Assembly (NCBI RefSeq): GCF_006345805.1
Contig: NC_043013.1
Coordinates: 12,524,001-12,588,000, forward strand
Reading direction: 5' to 3'
Length of the DNA: 64,000 nt
Origin: Octopus sinensis
Lineage: Eukaryota
Each line of letters opens with the position of its first letter. Position 1 is the first letter of the stretch. Below, one piece after another: positions 1-15,403 of the stretch. Under the pieces are notes generated by a model. It was not told the DNA's origin, did no database searches, and saw only the letters and a list, made by a program, of their open reading frames with translations. The position numbers were made by a program, and so were the translations under genes.

Positions 1-1170
1 ACATATATATTTATATATGTGCACATGTGTATATATTTTTGTTTGATAGATTTTTGGAAATTTTTATATTTTTTTTTAGGGATTTGATTTTTTAATGTCT
101 ATTTTAGTGCCTTTACTTCTTTCCCTTTTCTATGTGCATACATAATATGAATAAAAAAAAAGGCACATGTACACACACATGCAGATGCACACTTGCACGC
201 AACACTCATTTGCATATATGGTATGCATAAATGTATAAACATTAGATCTATATACATACATATCTATCATAACGCGTACACACATATATATATATATGTG
301 TCGCATATATACGTACATACACACACACACATGTAGGTATGTATGTATATGCATATATATATGTGTATATATGCATGTATGTGTGTGTTTTTTTTTCTCT
401 TTTTCTATAAGAAAATGCAATATGAGAAATATTAGGAAAAAAATAATAAAGGACATCATAAATGGTGGTGGTGGTGGTGGTGAAAGTGTGGTGTGGTGAC
501 ATAGATTATGGTCAAGGAAGAATATTCTGGGCACAGACATGCACACACACACAATATTATACATACATAATTCAGATTTTTTTTTTTTTTTCATTTTTTC
601 ACCCCCGTGTCTTTCCTCAAGTAACTTCTCATTTTATGTTGTTTTTTTTTTGTTTTTTTTTTACCTCCTCCTTGCTCATAAAATACTGGAAAAAAATCAC
701 CAATAGCAGTAATGTTAATAATAATAATACACCAACAAAATGGCTACATTAACAACAGCAACAGCATCATCATCTGTCTTCAATGTTGAGTGGAAAAGTA
801 AAAGAAACAGTGGTGATGATAAAATAAAGAAATGATAATTAAATCTGAAATAAGACAAAATACAAATTATAAAAAAAAAAAATATATATATATATATATA
901 TACATATATATATAAAACAAACAAACAAGAAAATATTGAAATCTGTATAAAATATTGATTGATATCAAAACTCTGAGACCCACTTTCCTCTTTGAATGAA
1001 GAAATGAACTTATATGACCTGACCGTATATTATTCTTAGTTCCCTTGAATTTCAACTTTTTTTTTGTCCGTGGGTAAAAAGAAAATAAACCAAATAACAA
1101 AACATATGTATAACAGAAATATAAAAATGATAAAAAAGGTATAAAAAATAGAGGGGTTTAATTCTCCCCC

Positions 1171-1216
<46 letters not shown>

Positions 1217-2392
1217 ATATATATATATCATTTATTCAATGCAAGCAATGATATAATAGGGACCTATGTTTTTTTTTTTTATTTTATTTTTTTCCCCCCG
1301 ATTTACATGTCGGTTTTAATGAAATGCCATATTATAACTAAGTCCGATGCAAGATAATGATTGGTAAAGATTGATCCTTTGAAAAGAAAACAAAAAATTA
1401 TCAGTCAATTTATTTGCCCCCACCCTCCTCCAGAAGAAGAAAGGGCTGGGTGTGACCTTGTTTCCTTGATATTTACTGACCATAATATTTCACATTTTGC
1501 TTCCAGTTTTTTTTTTTTTTCCGAAGAAAAAATTTTTTTCCCTGCTTATTTTTTTTCTTCCATAATCGTCTTCCAAAATAAAAGCTTAACAGTTTTACAG
1601 GGATGTATATGTGTGCGTATGAGTGTGAAGTATACATATATATATTTACATATGTATATATATTATATGTATATATATACCATGTACATAAGAATGTGTA
1701 TAAAGCTGTGTGTGAGTGTGTATATGTTTGTACGTATATGTTTATGTCTATGAAATATATGGACCAATGGATATGAAAGAAGTCAATACCCCTCCCATCT
1801 TCAAGCTCCCTTAATTCTAACTGCTATACTCCCTCTTTTTTTTTACTTCTAAAAATGGGGTCCAAAACTGATTAACTTCGCTGTTTTTTGTTTTTTTATC
1901 TCAAAATTCTTCCAAATGCTCTTCCAATGTTTTTTGCATTTTCTTTTTGTTTGTTTGTTATTGTTGTTTGTTCTTAATTTAAAAATCAAAAAAAAAACAT
2001 GTTGTTTTCTGCCACTTTCTCTCTTCTCTCTCCTCTCTCCTCTCTTCTCGTTCTTTCCCTATGTCTCTCACATATCCATGTGTATGTGTGTGTATATATA
2101 CTTATATATATATATGTATGTATATATATATATATATATATATATGATTATAAACACGCATACATATGAATATGTATATCCAAATATTACATTCTCTGCC
2201 AATTTTGGCATTGTTGAGACGAATCAGAACCAAGGTAATAAAAAAAAAAAACACAAATATCAAGTGTTAAGAAATTTTATTGAACCAAAGAATTTTTAAA
2301 ATCTATTTTTTCTTCTATTTTGTATTTTCTTTAGTGGTTTATATTATTTTAATGTCTCCTTTTTTATTTAAATTTTAATGACATAAAAATCA

Positions 2393-2426
<34 letters not shown>

Positions 2427-3469
2427 CATTATTTTTAATTTGATGTGTATTGGTATATTGTATGTGTGAGTGAAAGAGAAAGAGATAGAGAGACGGGTTG
2501 TTATTTGTCTGCCTCTGTGCAAGTGGATGTGTGTGTGTGTGTGTGACGTGCCATGGCGTAAATTCTTTATATTTTTCTGCAAGTGTGTGTCAGCGTAATT
2601 TTAGGTCTCTGTGCAAGGGTTTACATAAGGTTTTTTTTTTCTTGCTAGGAACATTGGAATGGAAGGGACAAACACAAGTGTTTGTGCAAGTGTATACAAT
2701 AGTATTATATATAATTAATCATGTACAGTTTCTTTGGATCAATTTTTCCTTTTTTTTAATCTGTGAGAATGCCATTTACTCCTCTACTTAACACCCCTGC
2801 CCTTCAAACAGCTACCAAAAAAAAAAAAAAGCATCTTGAACTGTGGGGCCACGGGATAAGGGAAGGAAGCAGGAGATTGGAAGAATAAAAATTTTTAAAA
2901 GATAAAAAGAATTGTTTTTACAAAAAAAATTTTTTTTTTAAATATAAGCGGTGTAGAAAGGGTTTAATTTGACCAAAAATTAAGGGCCAGCTTTTTAAGC
3001 AACGGCTACAAAATTAAGGAAGGGACCACTTGATCACAGTTTGAACCAACCAAATAAACAAGCACAACATTAAAATACATTTCCAAACAAAAACAAATAT
3101 AATCTTTTATATATATATTTTTTCTTTGTTTCTTTTTACCACTTTTTTATTTTTTGATTATTCATATTTTTATTTCTATTTTTATTTTTTAAATATATAA
3201 ATGTTTAATCGCTGTTTTTGGTTCTTGTTTTGTTTTTTTTTTTTTTTTTTTTCAATCATAATCTAGTCCAACTTTACCTTTCATCTCTTCCCCTAAAGTA
3301 GATGTATTTGGTACCAGTAATATATATATATACATATATACATGTTGTACATGTGTATATATATATGTAAGCTAGATCAAGGCGGGCCGATCCATTGTAT
3401 TGGCTATACACCTGCTTTCCATTTCACATGTGACCTTGGGCCTAAGAAAGAAAATATTACAATTATTAT

Positions 3470-5630
3470 TATTATTATTATTATTATTATTTTAAAAAGA
3501 ATCGTGAGCCTGGCAATGCATATGGTTAATAGTGAGCCACGGCTCTTCTACAGTATCTTGTTGCATACCTCACTGTTCTGGGTTCAAAATGCCCTTTTGG
3601 TGAGTTTCTGGACAGTTTACAAGATTGCCTTTCACTCCTATAAGGGTCGTTTAAAAGAATAATAACATGATAATAAGCTAGAGAAAGAGGAGGAGGAGCG
3701 CTAGGAGAAGGAGGAACAGAAGGGTTGAAGTCAGGTCCATTGAGGGCCACCCTTTCGCCTTTACATTATAAAAACAAAAGCATTATATTCTGGCATTGTG
3801 CCTAGACAAAAGAAGCCATTATTATTATTACATTTAAGGATATATAGGGGTTTAAAATACATGTATATATATGTGTATATATGTTTGCATTTTTGTGTAT
3901 TGAAATGAGTGTGTGTGTGTGTGGAGCCTGCATGCCTGCAATGTTTTTATTTATTGTTTGTTTTCTTTGCCTGTGGCCTCAGTCGAAACTCAGTGTCTTC
4001 AGAAGTTCCTGCAAGTATTTGAAATGGTTCTGCTATTGCTCTCTCAACCAACATAACATCTTTTTTTTTTTTTTTTCCATCAAAGCCTTACTCTCTTTTC
4101 CAAAATGTTTTACCGTTTTTTCCAGACTCTGGAATTCTTGCAATAATTCACCTCTCTCCATCTTTTTCATACTACTGTTCATTGTTTTAATGTTCTTTCA
4201 TTTTATTCTCCACCACTTATTCAAGGGGAGGAGAGACAATGCTGATGATACCCCCTCTCTTTTGTTTTTTTCCAAGAACCTTAGCTAAAGTCAACCATTT
4301 GGTGGCTTTAGTAGGAATGGTGTTTTACTCTCATTAGTGGTACTAATACTACCAGTACCGCTACAAGTATTTGATATTAAAAATTCAAGCCGAATCACTT
4401 CATTCTTTCAGAGAAAAGCATTATTGTCATCTAATCTTGTTTTACCTTTTCATATAAATACGTACACAGCTTGTGCCTAGGACATCATCATTTTTGACTG
4501 TTGTTGATCTCACTTTTGGTATGAATGTGAGAGAAATTATTATTATTAATTATTATATTATTATTATTATTTTAAAAAGAATCGTGAGGCTGGCAATGCA
4601 TATGGTTAATAGTGAGCCACGGCTCTTCTACAGTATCTTGTTGCATACCTCACTGTTCTGGGTTCAAAATGCCCTTTTGGTGAGTTTCTGGACAGTTTAC
4701 AAGATTGCCTTTCACTCCTATAAGGGTCGTTTAAAAGAATAATAACATGATAATAAGCTAGAGAAAGAGGAGGAGGAGCGCTAGGAGAAGGAGGAACAGA
4801 AGGGTTGAAGTCAGGTCCATTGAGGGCCACCCTTTCGCCTTTACATTATAAAAACAAAAGCATTATATTCTGGCATTGTGCCTAGACAAAAGAAGCCATT
4901 ATTATTATTACATTTAAGGATATATAGGGGTTTAAAATACATGTATATATATGTGTATATATGTTTGCATTTTTGTGTATTGAAATGAGTGTGTGTGTGT
5001 GTGGAGCCTGCATGCCTGCAATGTTTTTATTTATTGTTTGTTTTCTTTGCCTGTGGCCTCAGTCGAAACTCAGTGTCTTCAGAAGTTCCTGCAAGTATTT
5101 GAAATGGTTCTGCTATTGCTCTCTCAACCAACATAACATCTTTTTTTTTTTTTTTTCCATCAAAGCCTTACTCTCTTTTCCAAAATGTTTTACCGTTTTT
5201 TCCAGACTCTGGAATTCTTGCAATAATTCACCTCTCTCCATCTTTTTCATACTACTGTTCATTTGTTTTAATGTTCTTTCATTTTATTCTCCACCACTTA
5301 TTCAAGGGGAGGAGAGACAATGCTGATGATACCCCCTCTCTTTTGTTTTTTTCCAAGAACCTTAGCTAAAGTCAACCATTTGGTGGCTTTAGTAGGAATG
5401 GTGTTTTACTCTCATTAGTGGTACTAATACTACCAGTACCGCCACAAGTATTTGATATTAAAAATTCAAGCCGAATCACTTCATTCTTTCAGAGAAAAGC
5501 ATTATTGTCATCTAATCTTGTTTTACCTTTTCATATAAATACGTACACAGCCTTGTGCCTAGGACATCATCATTTTTGACTGTTGTTGATCTCACTTTTG
5601 GTATGAATGTGAGAGAAATTATTATTATTA
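3470..5630. repeat. Near-perfect tandem duplication, two ~1080 bp units (about 3470-4549 and 4550-5630)
   Basis: Identical ORFs at 3526/4606 and 3881/4961, offset exactly 1080. The copies differ by a few substitutions and 1 bp indels, and the junctions lie in (ATT)n tracts. Confidence 0.95.
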
Positions 5631-5844
5631 ATTATTATTATTATTATTAATTATTATCATCATCATCATCATCATCAACATATGTGTTTAGTGTTTTAAA
5701 TGAAATGCTTTTTTTATGTTCTGAATTTAAAAGTACTTCTTGGAATATCACTAAAATAGTACCAGTGATATACTGGATCAAACCTCTCTCTTTTGGCCTT
5801 GTACCTACAGTAGAAAGGATTATTATTATTATCATCATTAAGAA

Positions 5845-6062
5845 GGTGGCAAGCTGGCAGAATCTTTAGTACGCTGGGGAAAATGCTTAGCAGCATTTTA
5901 TCCATCTTTTATGTTCAGGGTTTACATTCTGCCAAGTTGACTTTGCCTTTCATCCTTTCGGGGTGAGTAAATTAGGTACCACTGAAACACTGGGGTCCAT
6001 GTAATCGACCAGTCCCCTCTCCAAAAATTTCAGGCCTTGTGCCTTTAGTACAAAGGATTATT
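5845..6062 (+). mobile_element. tRNA-derived SINE, family A (ATT-tailed variant), CpG-eroded
   Basis: Head GGTGGCAAGCTGGCAGAATC, degenerate B-box region, body TTGCCTTTCATCCTTTCGGGG..GTACCA..ACTGGGGT, tail TTTCAGGCCTTGTGCCTTTAGTACAAAGG(ATT)n. The same sequence recurs more than 20 times in the window. Confidence 0.85.
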
Positions 6063-6564
6063 ATTATTATTATTATTTATTGGTGTTATCAGATGAACCA
6101 GTAAAATCCAACAGAAGTGTGTTTGTCTTTTTCTGCCTTTTGCTTTCAGTTTTGTTTCATTCTCCTCTTTTACATAACTTGGTTCCTTTATTGTTCTCTG
6201 GTTAGCAAAATGGTAAATGTGTGTGTGGGAGGGAGGACGTTTTTGTTGTTAGTTCCAACAGTATGATGATGATGATGAAGAAGAAGAAGTAGTAAAAGAG
6301 AAACATTTTTAAGTGCCTATTATGTTTAAATTGCTTTGTTAAGGTTTACTTTTTAAAAAAAAAACATTTCTGTCTTTTTATACTCTCTCTCTTTCTCTCT
6401 CCTTGTTTTCTTTCTCTTCCTTGGTGTCTCATTCATTTTCATTCATGATCCTAACAACAAAATATTCCTATGCATTGGACAGACACACATATAAATGCAT
6501 ACATACATATATATGTGTCTACATATACATATAATATACACATATGTGCATGCATTTATAGAGA

Positions 6565-6790
6565 GGGTGTCCATAAATTACCGTTACAATTTGAAGAGTT
6601 CAGAAATGAGGATAATTCAAATGAGGATAATTTAAATGAGGATAATTCAACAGAGTTTATTGGAAAACAAAGGCAAAGAAATGAAGTTTTATTAGAAACA
6701 TCAGAACATGTCTACATGGGCTCCATTGGTTGCATGCCAATACATCATGACAATAAATTGTCAAAGTTGTAAAGATAATTTATGAACACC
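6565..6790. mobile_element. Tc1/mariner-type MITE
   Basis: Imperfect ~25 bp TIRs (GGTGTCCATAAATTACCGTTACAAT versus reverse complement GGTGTTCATAAATTATCTTTACAAC) in TA-rich flanks. Internal 15 bp repeat AAATGAGGATAATTC x3. Confidence 0.7.
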
Positions 6791-7195
6791 ATATATATAT
6801 ATGTATATGATGTGTATGTATGTATTTGATAGCACATGGGTTTAGCTTCATTCATGCAGCTCATCTTGTGATGGTCAGCTGTAACCATCAACAAGCTTTT
6901 TGATGAATGCATCTCACACACACACATCCATTTTTATTACAAGTTCTTAATGACCATTTAAATGTTTAAGGTGGGGTTTTTTTCTTTTATATAAAAACCA
7001 ACTATACAGAGAAATTCTGTCCTGTGTATATAAAAGGGCAATGTTTAATTACAAAGCTGTAATTATCAATCTAATAGACTTATGGGTATTTAAACATTTT
7101 TGTATGATATCCTATTTTTTGATTTTTTTTTTTGTTTTTTTTTTAAATTTTCTTAAATTTAAAAAAGAAAAATCATTATCATTATTATTATATTT

Positions 7196-7323
7196 CAATT
7201 CCGTTGAGGTTGACTTTGCCTTTCACCCTTTCAGGGTTGATAAAATAAGAACTAGTCAAGCACTGGGGTCGATATAATCAACTAACCTATTCCCTTAAAA
7301 TTTCAGGCCTTATGCCTAGAAAG

Positions 7324-7326
<3 letters not shown>
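7196..7326 (+). mobile_element. Family A SINE, 5'-truncated, running into a long ATT/ATC tail
   Basis: GAGGTTGACTTTGCCTTTCACCCTTTCAGGG...TTTCAGGCCTTATGCCTAGAAAGG followed by (ATT)n. Confidence 0.8.
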
Positions 7327-7837
<511 letters not shown>

Positions 7838-10800
7838 CAAAAGTTATCATCACTTCATGTTTCATATTTCTGTGATGAATGCATTCAGGGTTTAGAGTGG
7901 GAGAGAACTGAAAAAAAAAAATAATAAAGTGGCTTTGTTAAACGTTGTAGGTTCAGCAGTTCAAATCTTGACCGAGGCAACTATGTTTAAAGTGTTTTTT
8001 TTTTTTCTACTTTTTAAGAAGAGAGCATTGGATAGGATGCATAGTGCTGTAAGTTCAAATCCCACTGAGATCAGCTTTGCCTTTCATCTTTTTCGGGTGG
8101 ATAAGTAAAATGAATTACCAAACCAGGGTGGCAGTACAGCAAGAGAATGTTAGAGCTTCAAATTGGGTCTACACCAGCTCTTTACATTCTGCATTTAAAT
8201 TGTCCCCAGGGGCATATTTATATATATATATATATGTATATATAAATGTTGAATGATGAAAATGAGAGTGCTCAACAGTGGTGGATAAAATTTCTTTATT
8301 TGTGAATTAAGGGCTACCATTGGTTTCATGTTTAGAAAAGTAGGAAAATATCCTAGTGTCTTAATTTTTCAAGCCGATCACTTAGAGAAAGCTGTGTACC
8401 TCCATTTTGGAAAATGCAGCCTGGACGTATATATATGTATAGAGAGAGAGAGAGCGTCTCAAATTTAGGTTAAATCAGTATTCCTCAAAGGGGAGGCCTA
8501 TGGGATGGTCAGACAAGTTGTTTTGAGAAAACTTAGTTTAAATGTTTGACAACTCAGCTCCGTCCATTGGACGGGGGGGGGGGGGCGTTTTGCTCGTATA
8601 TATATGTGTGTGTGTGTATGTATGTATGTATGTATCCGTGTCTAGCAGTTGAAAGTTGGAAAGATATCCTTCTGCTTTAAAAAAGCAAAAAATAATGGTG
8701 AGAACTTCATCAGTAGCAATAACAGATGAATTATTAGAATCTAATGATAATCAAGTATTTTGTTATCTTTCAGTTGAAGAACACTGCCTTTGTTTCACTT
8801 AATTTTGAAAAAAAAAACAAAAGAATTTAGCAACATAACTTTGTCGTTATTAAGCTGTTGTTTGAAACAAATTAAAATGGCATTTTTCTGGAAGATTTTA
8901 ATTTAAAACATGAAGTTTATATCATAGAACGAAGGGCAATTTCAGGCAGGTTAGTATCAAAACAGTCAGGTCTATTTGAAGAATTTTGGTAAAGCCTCCT
9001 TTTCTGTTCTTTTGCTCTGCCTTCCATCACCATCTTATTAATTCTAATTACTGGGCTAAAAACTAAAAAAAACTCATTTATACACCAAAGGCAGTGCTTC
9101 TGTATGGTCTTGTCTGTGATGGCTAAAACTAACTAAAAACACTAATGTGTGTGTGTGTGTGTGTGTTATAAGGTGATGTACTTGGTCCTTTGTTCTTCAG
9201 GTCATCGTTTTGTGACCTTGAGCAAGACATCTTCTAACTTTGCTTTGCCTGACTGAATATAAAATGTAGAAAATAAACAATTAAATACACAAGCTTTCTA
9301 CTGACCTCATATAGTGTGAGGCATTGGTTAGCACTAGGAAGGGCATCTCTGACCACAGTCCTTGACGTTATATACAAACATGGTTAAATGAGTGTAAAAC
9401 TGGATATATATTTATATTGTTATATTTGGGGATGGTCATTCTTTTGTTTTGTTGCCGACTAACCACACACACTATATTTTTGGTCATCACATCAGCATTA
9501 TTATTCCTCCTATTTTAGTGTTCACACGATGTGTGACCTCAGCTGAAGGTAAAGACTAAGTATATAATGTGTGGTTAATAGACAAAAAAATTATAGCCAT
9601 CTCCAAGTATAACAATGATTTCACATCTGAATCTTGTAAAACAAATACATAAAAGTAATATATATATATATGTATGTATGTATATATTGTACTAAATTCA
9701 ATTGAGTGTTCCTTCTGCTTAATTAATGATAAATCATTTTTATATATAACTTGACAGAAAAACAAGCATTAATATTGTGCGTGTGTGTGTGTGTTTATTC
9801 TGAGTTCAAATTCCAGCTCTTGTTACTAGAAAAAAATGGGATTTTTCAGGAACCACCGAAAGAATTAATAGGGTTGGGAATTCCTTAGGTAAGTTACCTG
9901 AGTATTTTAACTGAATACTCTTAGGGACAGCTTAGAGAATGCATGTGGCTTTCAAATTAATACATAAGGGATCAGGGATGAATGTTCATTTTGTAGACAA
10001 TGTATATTTTCTTAGAAGACAAACCTTTATAAGTTGTGAACTCTGAGTTTCACCGTTCCAATTTTCAAACAAGTTACAATTCAAACAGCTTCAGTATGAA
10101 AACTATCCTTTGTCCTCAGCAGAAAAAAAAAAAAGAACAAGAGAAAGGTGGGGAAAGAGAAAAAAAAAAATTTAAAGCAAAACACCTCTTAACTATATTT
10201 GGGTAGAATAAAAAAATAAGGAAATTCTTCAAAAATCACCAAAAAATTTATATATGAAATAAAACACTTATAGCAATGGTATTTCTATATTCCTTTGGTG
10301 GTAGCACTTTTTTTTTCTGCTGTTCTTCAAAAATACGTTTAGAAAATTTTTCCACCTTCTCTCTTCCAGTCTCCAGAATTTTTTTTTTTTTTGTAACTTT
10401 TCCCATATAAAAGTAATTCAATAAAATTCCTATTAAAATTAAAACTTTAACTCCGGAAGCGCCTATAAATTAAAAGCAAAAGTATTCATTAAAAAATTTC
10501 TTTTTTTTTTATTATTTGTTACTAATTTTTCAAAAAGTATCTGCCTTTATGCTATTTTTATTTCTCTTTTAACGTTTTTGTTGGGTTCTTTTTTAAAACT
10601 TTGAATTAAAATTGTTAACCATTTTGTAGAGAACTCTAAATAATGGAATTTCGGCAGCAGTAAAATGTCCAAGTTCTCTTTTATATATTTTTTATTATCG
10701 TGTGTTTTCTTTGAAATTGAGGTAGTTCTTTGATTATTAACATTCTTCAGGTAAACCATTCCAATCAGTAAACACCAAGTCAATTTGAAACAACTATAGC

Positions 10801-11301
10801 TCCTTCCTCTTCTGCCAATGTGTGGCCTTGTGCCTATAATAGACATCATCATCATCATTATTATTATTATTATTATTATTTTATTGGTTAATTTGTGTAT
10901 TGTTTTAGTTGCCAACATTTTATGTTCTGAATTTAGTTCTTGTCAAGGCCACCTTCACCTTTCACCCTTCTTGGGTCACTGAAATAAAATACCAACCCTA
11001 CCCACAGAATTTGAGGCTTTGTATCAGTCTAAGAAAACATTATTATTATTATTTGGTTTAGTAAGATGGCAGCATCCTAGTTGTACTTTGTTACATTCTG
11101 AGTTCAATTCCTACTGTGGTCATCTTGTAACTTTCATCCTAGTTCTACTAAAATACTTAATCCACCAAGAACTGGGCAGTTGGTCATTTAATTCAGCTGT
11201 TATTTTCTGACTTTATGTTCTTCCAGTGTTGATAAAATAGCATACAAGTCAGACACATGGTCAATTAAAAATCAACTTCTCCCTCTCTTTGGAAATCAGT
11301 T

Positions 11302-11333
<32 letters not shown>

Positions 11334-11749
11334 TGGCATCAAACGATCAACAGGGACATGCAGCTAATTGACAGAACATGGAATAACGCATTGAGAAAAA
11401 GCAAGGAACTGTGATTACTGGTACACTTTGACAGCCTTATGCATCTCAAGACATGGGAGCCTCTAAGCCTATGTAACTATTATTATTATTATTATTTTAT
11501 TATTGAGTAATAAGTAGGTGTCTGATGAACTAATACCATGACACAGATTCAGTTATCTCTTGGGACCATTTTCACTTCATTTGCATAAATTACCATATCT
11601 TTCACTATCTCACTTAGGGACTACTTTATTTGACTTGTATCAGTCCCTATATCACATCATTTTTTGCCACTATTATTCCCTTTATAAATATGATGCCTTG
11701 AATCTTCATAGTAAACTATCTTTAATACTGTTATTATTATTATTATTAA

Positions 11750-12260
11750 GGTGGTGAGCTGGCAGAATAAAGTGCCAGTTAAGCACTAGGGTTGATGTAA
11801 ATGACTCTCTTCTGTCCTCAAAATTGCTGGCCTTGTGCTAAAAATTTGGAAGAATTATTACTATGTTTAAGGCTGCGAGCCAGCAGAATTGTTAGGACAT
11901 TGGAAAAAAATGCTTAGCAGCATTTCTTCCAGCTCTTTACATTCTGAGTTCAAACCCCATCAAAATCTACTTTGCCTTTCATCTCTCCAGGGTCAATAGA
12001 ATAGAGTACCAGTCAAACACTGGAATTGACATAATCAACCAATCCTATCCCCTAAAGTTGCTGGTCTTGTACCGAAATTTAAAGAAATTATTATTATTAT
12101 TATTATTATGAAGTTTTTGTTCTGCATTTAAACCCTGCTAAGGTTAACTTTGCCTTTCATCCACATTAGATTAATACATTATGTTTGTCCCTAAACCCCA
12201 TTCCCCCTCCACCTTCGGAGAAAAGAGAGAAAAAAATTGTGGCCTTGTGCCTTTGTAAGA
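11750..12260 (+). mobile_element. Cluster of three decayed family A SINE copies, head to tail
   Basis: GTGGTGAGCTGGCAGAA head at 11751, ACATTCTGAGTTCAAA B-box at ~11940, and repeated TTTGCCTTTCATC and GGCCTTGTGC motifs separated by (ATT)n. Confidence 0.75.
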
Positions 12261-14319
12261 AATCATTATTCTTCTTGTAATATCCCACATTGACCATCTT
12301 TGTGCAATAAAATAAAATATAATTTTTCTGTTTATTTAAAGTAAACAATAGAATGTTCTCACATCGTCTGCAATCTTCACATCAAAGGCTTTCAAATAAA
12401 TAACTGTTGATTTCTATACATGTATCAGATGTTTCTGATGTATGCTGTGTTCTATATAAGTATTATTATTATTATTATTATTAAGACACTGGAGTGGCAG
12501 AAACTGTAAAGAGGTGGACAGAATGTCTTTCACTACTATTTCCCACCCCGGGACAAGTATAACCATTGGCATCTCTCAGTATATGCACTCTAACTTTTCT
12601 TTACACACTCATATAAGTCAGTGTAATGTTTCCTCAATCGTTGCCCTTATGGCAAATAAAAGACATCATCTGCCAATTTGATGTGGCTACTCGCTTTACT
12701 GTTTATTATTATTAATATACTCGTTAAAATGGTGGATTAGCAAAATCATTAGAGTATTGGAGAAAATGCCTTATGCCTTGCAGTATTTAGTTACGGAGCT
12801 TTGCCTTTCATCCTTTCAGGCTCGATAGAATTAAGTACCAGTTATATACTGGTGGCAGTGATGGAATAATTGACTATTTCTCTCCCATGATATTTCAGGC
12901 CTCGTGCCTATGCTGGAAACAATTGTTAATCTCTTTAATATCTTCTTTGTTGATGAAGCGAAGGGCAGCAGGTGTAATTGTAAGATTGTTGGGGTTTTTT
13001 TTTTTCTAAATGTATGTAAGATTTATTTCTCTTGCAGTCTCCACTGATTTCCATTTTTTCTGAGATTGCGGTATTCTCATTGGTTTCTGGTTTGACATTT
13101 TGGAGAAAATTAATATTCTTTGCTTTCTTGAACTGAAACACAATGTCTTGATACTCTCGTATGTGTGTGTGTGTGTGTTTATCTGCGTATATTTGTAAAT
13201 GGTCAAAGACGGAAATATTTTGTATAGTTCACTTTTTTCATTTGTCACTCAGGTCTTTACTAAGTATTTTGTGTCTTTCCACCAGCAACAGCAATATTGT
13301 ACCAACTCTCCCTTTTTCTAATACTTTTCTTAACAGCTTAGTTAGCGGGTTAAGGGGCAGCATTCAGAGTTTCCTTATTTGGTGAGGAGATGATATAAGG
13401 ATATGATCCCGTTTCAATGTAATACAATGTCATGCAAGCTAGGGTAACTCAAATGGGGAAACCCTAAAAACATTTGCAAATTAAATTACTATTGTACATC
13501 TACAATTCAAATTCTTGGAGCCAGTTTCAATTCTCAGTCAAATTTTTTTTATGTTTAAGTTGTTTGTATTATTACGTAAGCTATCAACACAAACTTTTCT
13601 TTTTTTCCCCTTTCTTCTATCACTCTGATATGTGATGTCTGTATGAGAAATAATCATGGTATAAACACAGCAAATATAATTTCCATTGTCAATTGAGAGC
13701 TGTGCTGGGTGGGTTTAGATCATCGGGTTTATTTCTTCTAGTTTTTGTGTTCAAATCCTGCAGCTTTCAATGGAAGAACATGGGTCAAATCTATCAAGCA
13801 TACAACTTTATCCTCCACCCATTGCTATCACCACCCCACCAAACCCAGCCCGACTCTTAATCACAAACACATCACCTATTATGTATATATGTATCAAGAA
13901 ACACACAATAATCTGCAGGGCTCACTGGGAACCTATTTGATCCCTTTAAACTAACAGCGGCAGCAAACTTTGCTTTCTGAACAACAATCGGGGATGTAGG
14001 GGTTATAGTACTCCCCTGCCTCTTACCAAAACTAAAATTCCTTAAACCATGACAGTTACAAAGAGTCCATGTGTGCCTATATCCTTACTATCTCTTAACC
14101 TATATCCTTACTATCTCTTAACTTAAATCCTTACTATCACCTTCAGCCTCTCTCAGACAAGTGTGTGCCTCTATCAGTTTACTTTACCGATATTTCCTCT
14201 GCAGGGTTCTCTCCCCCAATTTTTTTTAAAACAAACTAATTACAATAATGAAGACAATAATAATAATAATAATGATAATATAGGAATGTGTTCAAGACCA
14301 AGTAGTTGATCTCACTTGT

Positions 14320-14510
14320 GCTGGTGCCTTGAAAAACAAGACACACTGTACCCTCTGTAAAGCAGTTGGTGTTAGGAATGGCATCTAGTTGTAGAAATGT
14401 TGACAAAGCTGAGAGTGGAGACCAACACAGTGCTAAGGCTCGTCAGATTCTGTGGAACCAACCAACCCCTGTCAGCATGGAGCATGGACATAAAAACAAT
14501 GATGAATATA
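14320..14510 (+). mobile_element. Decayed family D SINE-like 3' segment
   Basis: GTTGGTGTTAGGAATGGCATCTAGTTGTAGAAA...CCAACCCCTGTCAGCATGGAGCATGGACATAAAAACAATGATGA matches the reverse complement of 29556-29720. Confidence 0.7.
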
Positions 14511-15403
14511 TTGGTATCAGGAGTTGACGTTTGTCATTTACTAGCACCTAGTTGCAACTACACAACCGGGTTTGTTTCTTAGAATAAAATCAAAGAACTC
14601 TGTATAGCAGACTAAATAGAACAACATGAAACATTCCTATAATGGCACTGTTCCCCTCTATGGTCACAGCCAAGTGCTTGGAAACCTATTAAAAGAATGC
14701 TCTTCTCTTTCAGATTGTTATCTTTTTACCGAAAACTCTCTGGTGTGGTTTTTGGTCTTTCTTGCTAGAAAAGCTGATTTGATTAAGGATAGAGATAAGA
14801 TATTCATTACAAAAGAAAAAAAAGCAGATCAAAGGGACACACAGACACATACACTCACATTCTACCTTCCCTCCCGTTTTCTTTTTTTTTTTTTAATATA
14901 TTTCTCCGGCGTCTGGTCTTTGGTGTCCAACCAGAAGATAAAAACAATCGCAGTTGTTTTAATAACGTTTTACTTTTTATTGTAATTTACTGTGTTTAAT
15001 AATGATTACGATGATGATGATGATGATGATGATAATAATAATAATATTTCAAATAATGATGATATAAAAATTGAGGCCTTTGATCTCAGGTTAAATTTTT
15101 TTTTTTGGTGGGTTTTATTGTTAAAACAATATATAAATCAAACAACAACAACAGTACAACATTTGTAGTCAAATTTTTTTTTTAAATGTTTTTGTTCTTC
15201 ATAAGTGTTTCAAGTTATTATTATTATTACTACTACCACTACTAATATTAAAATAACTATCAATTGCAGTGTTCCTTCTTTCTTCGTCTCATTTTACATT
15301 CAACCGAACCCACTTCTATATCAGCATACACACACACACACACACACACACACATGCACTTGTTAATATGTCTGTCTCGAGTAACTAAATATGATTTTGT
15401 AGT

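Noticed and set aside
6470-6772. ORF with NEDNS repeats
   Set aside because: Lies inside the Tc1/mariner MITE; the repeats come from its internal 15 bp tandem.
9850-9888. 39 nt AG...GTAAGT micro-exon candidate
   Set aside because: Weak polypyrimidine tract, unrecognisable peptide and no partner exons; such sites arise by chance.
12935-13132. Protein-like minus-strand ORF (FKKAKNINFLQNVKPETNENT...) after a TTTCAG acceptor
   Set aside because: No recognisable domain or donor site; cannot be supported without RNA data.
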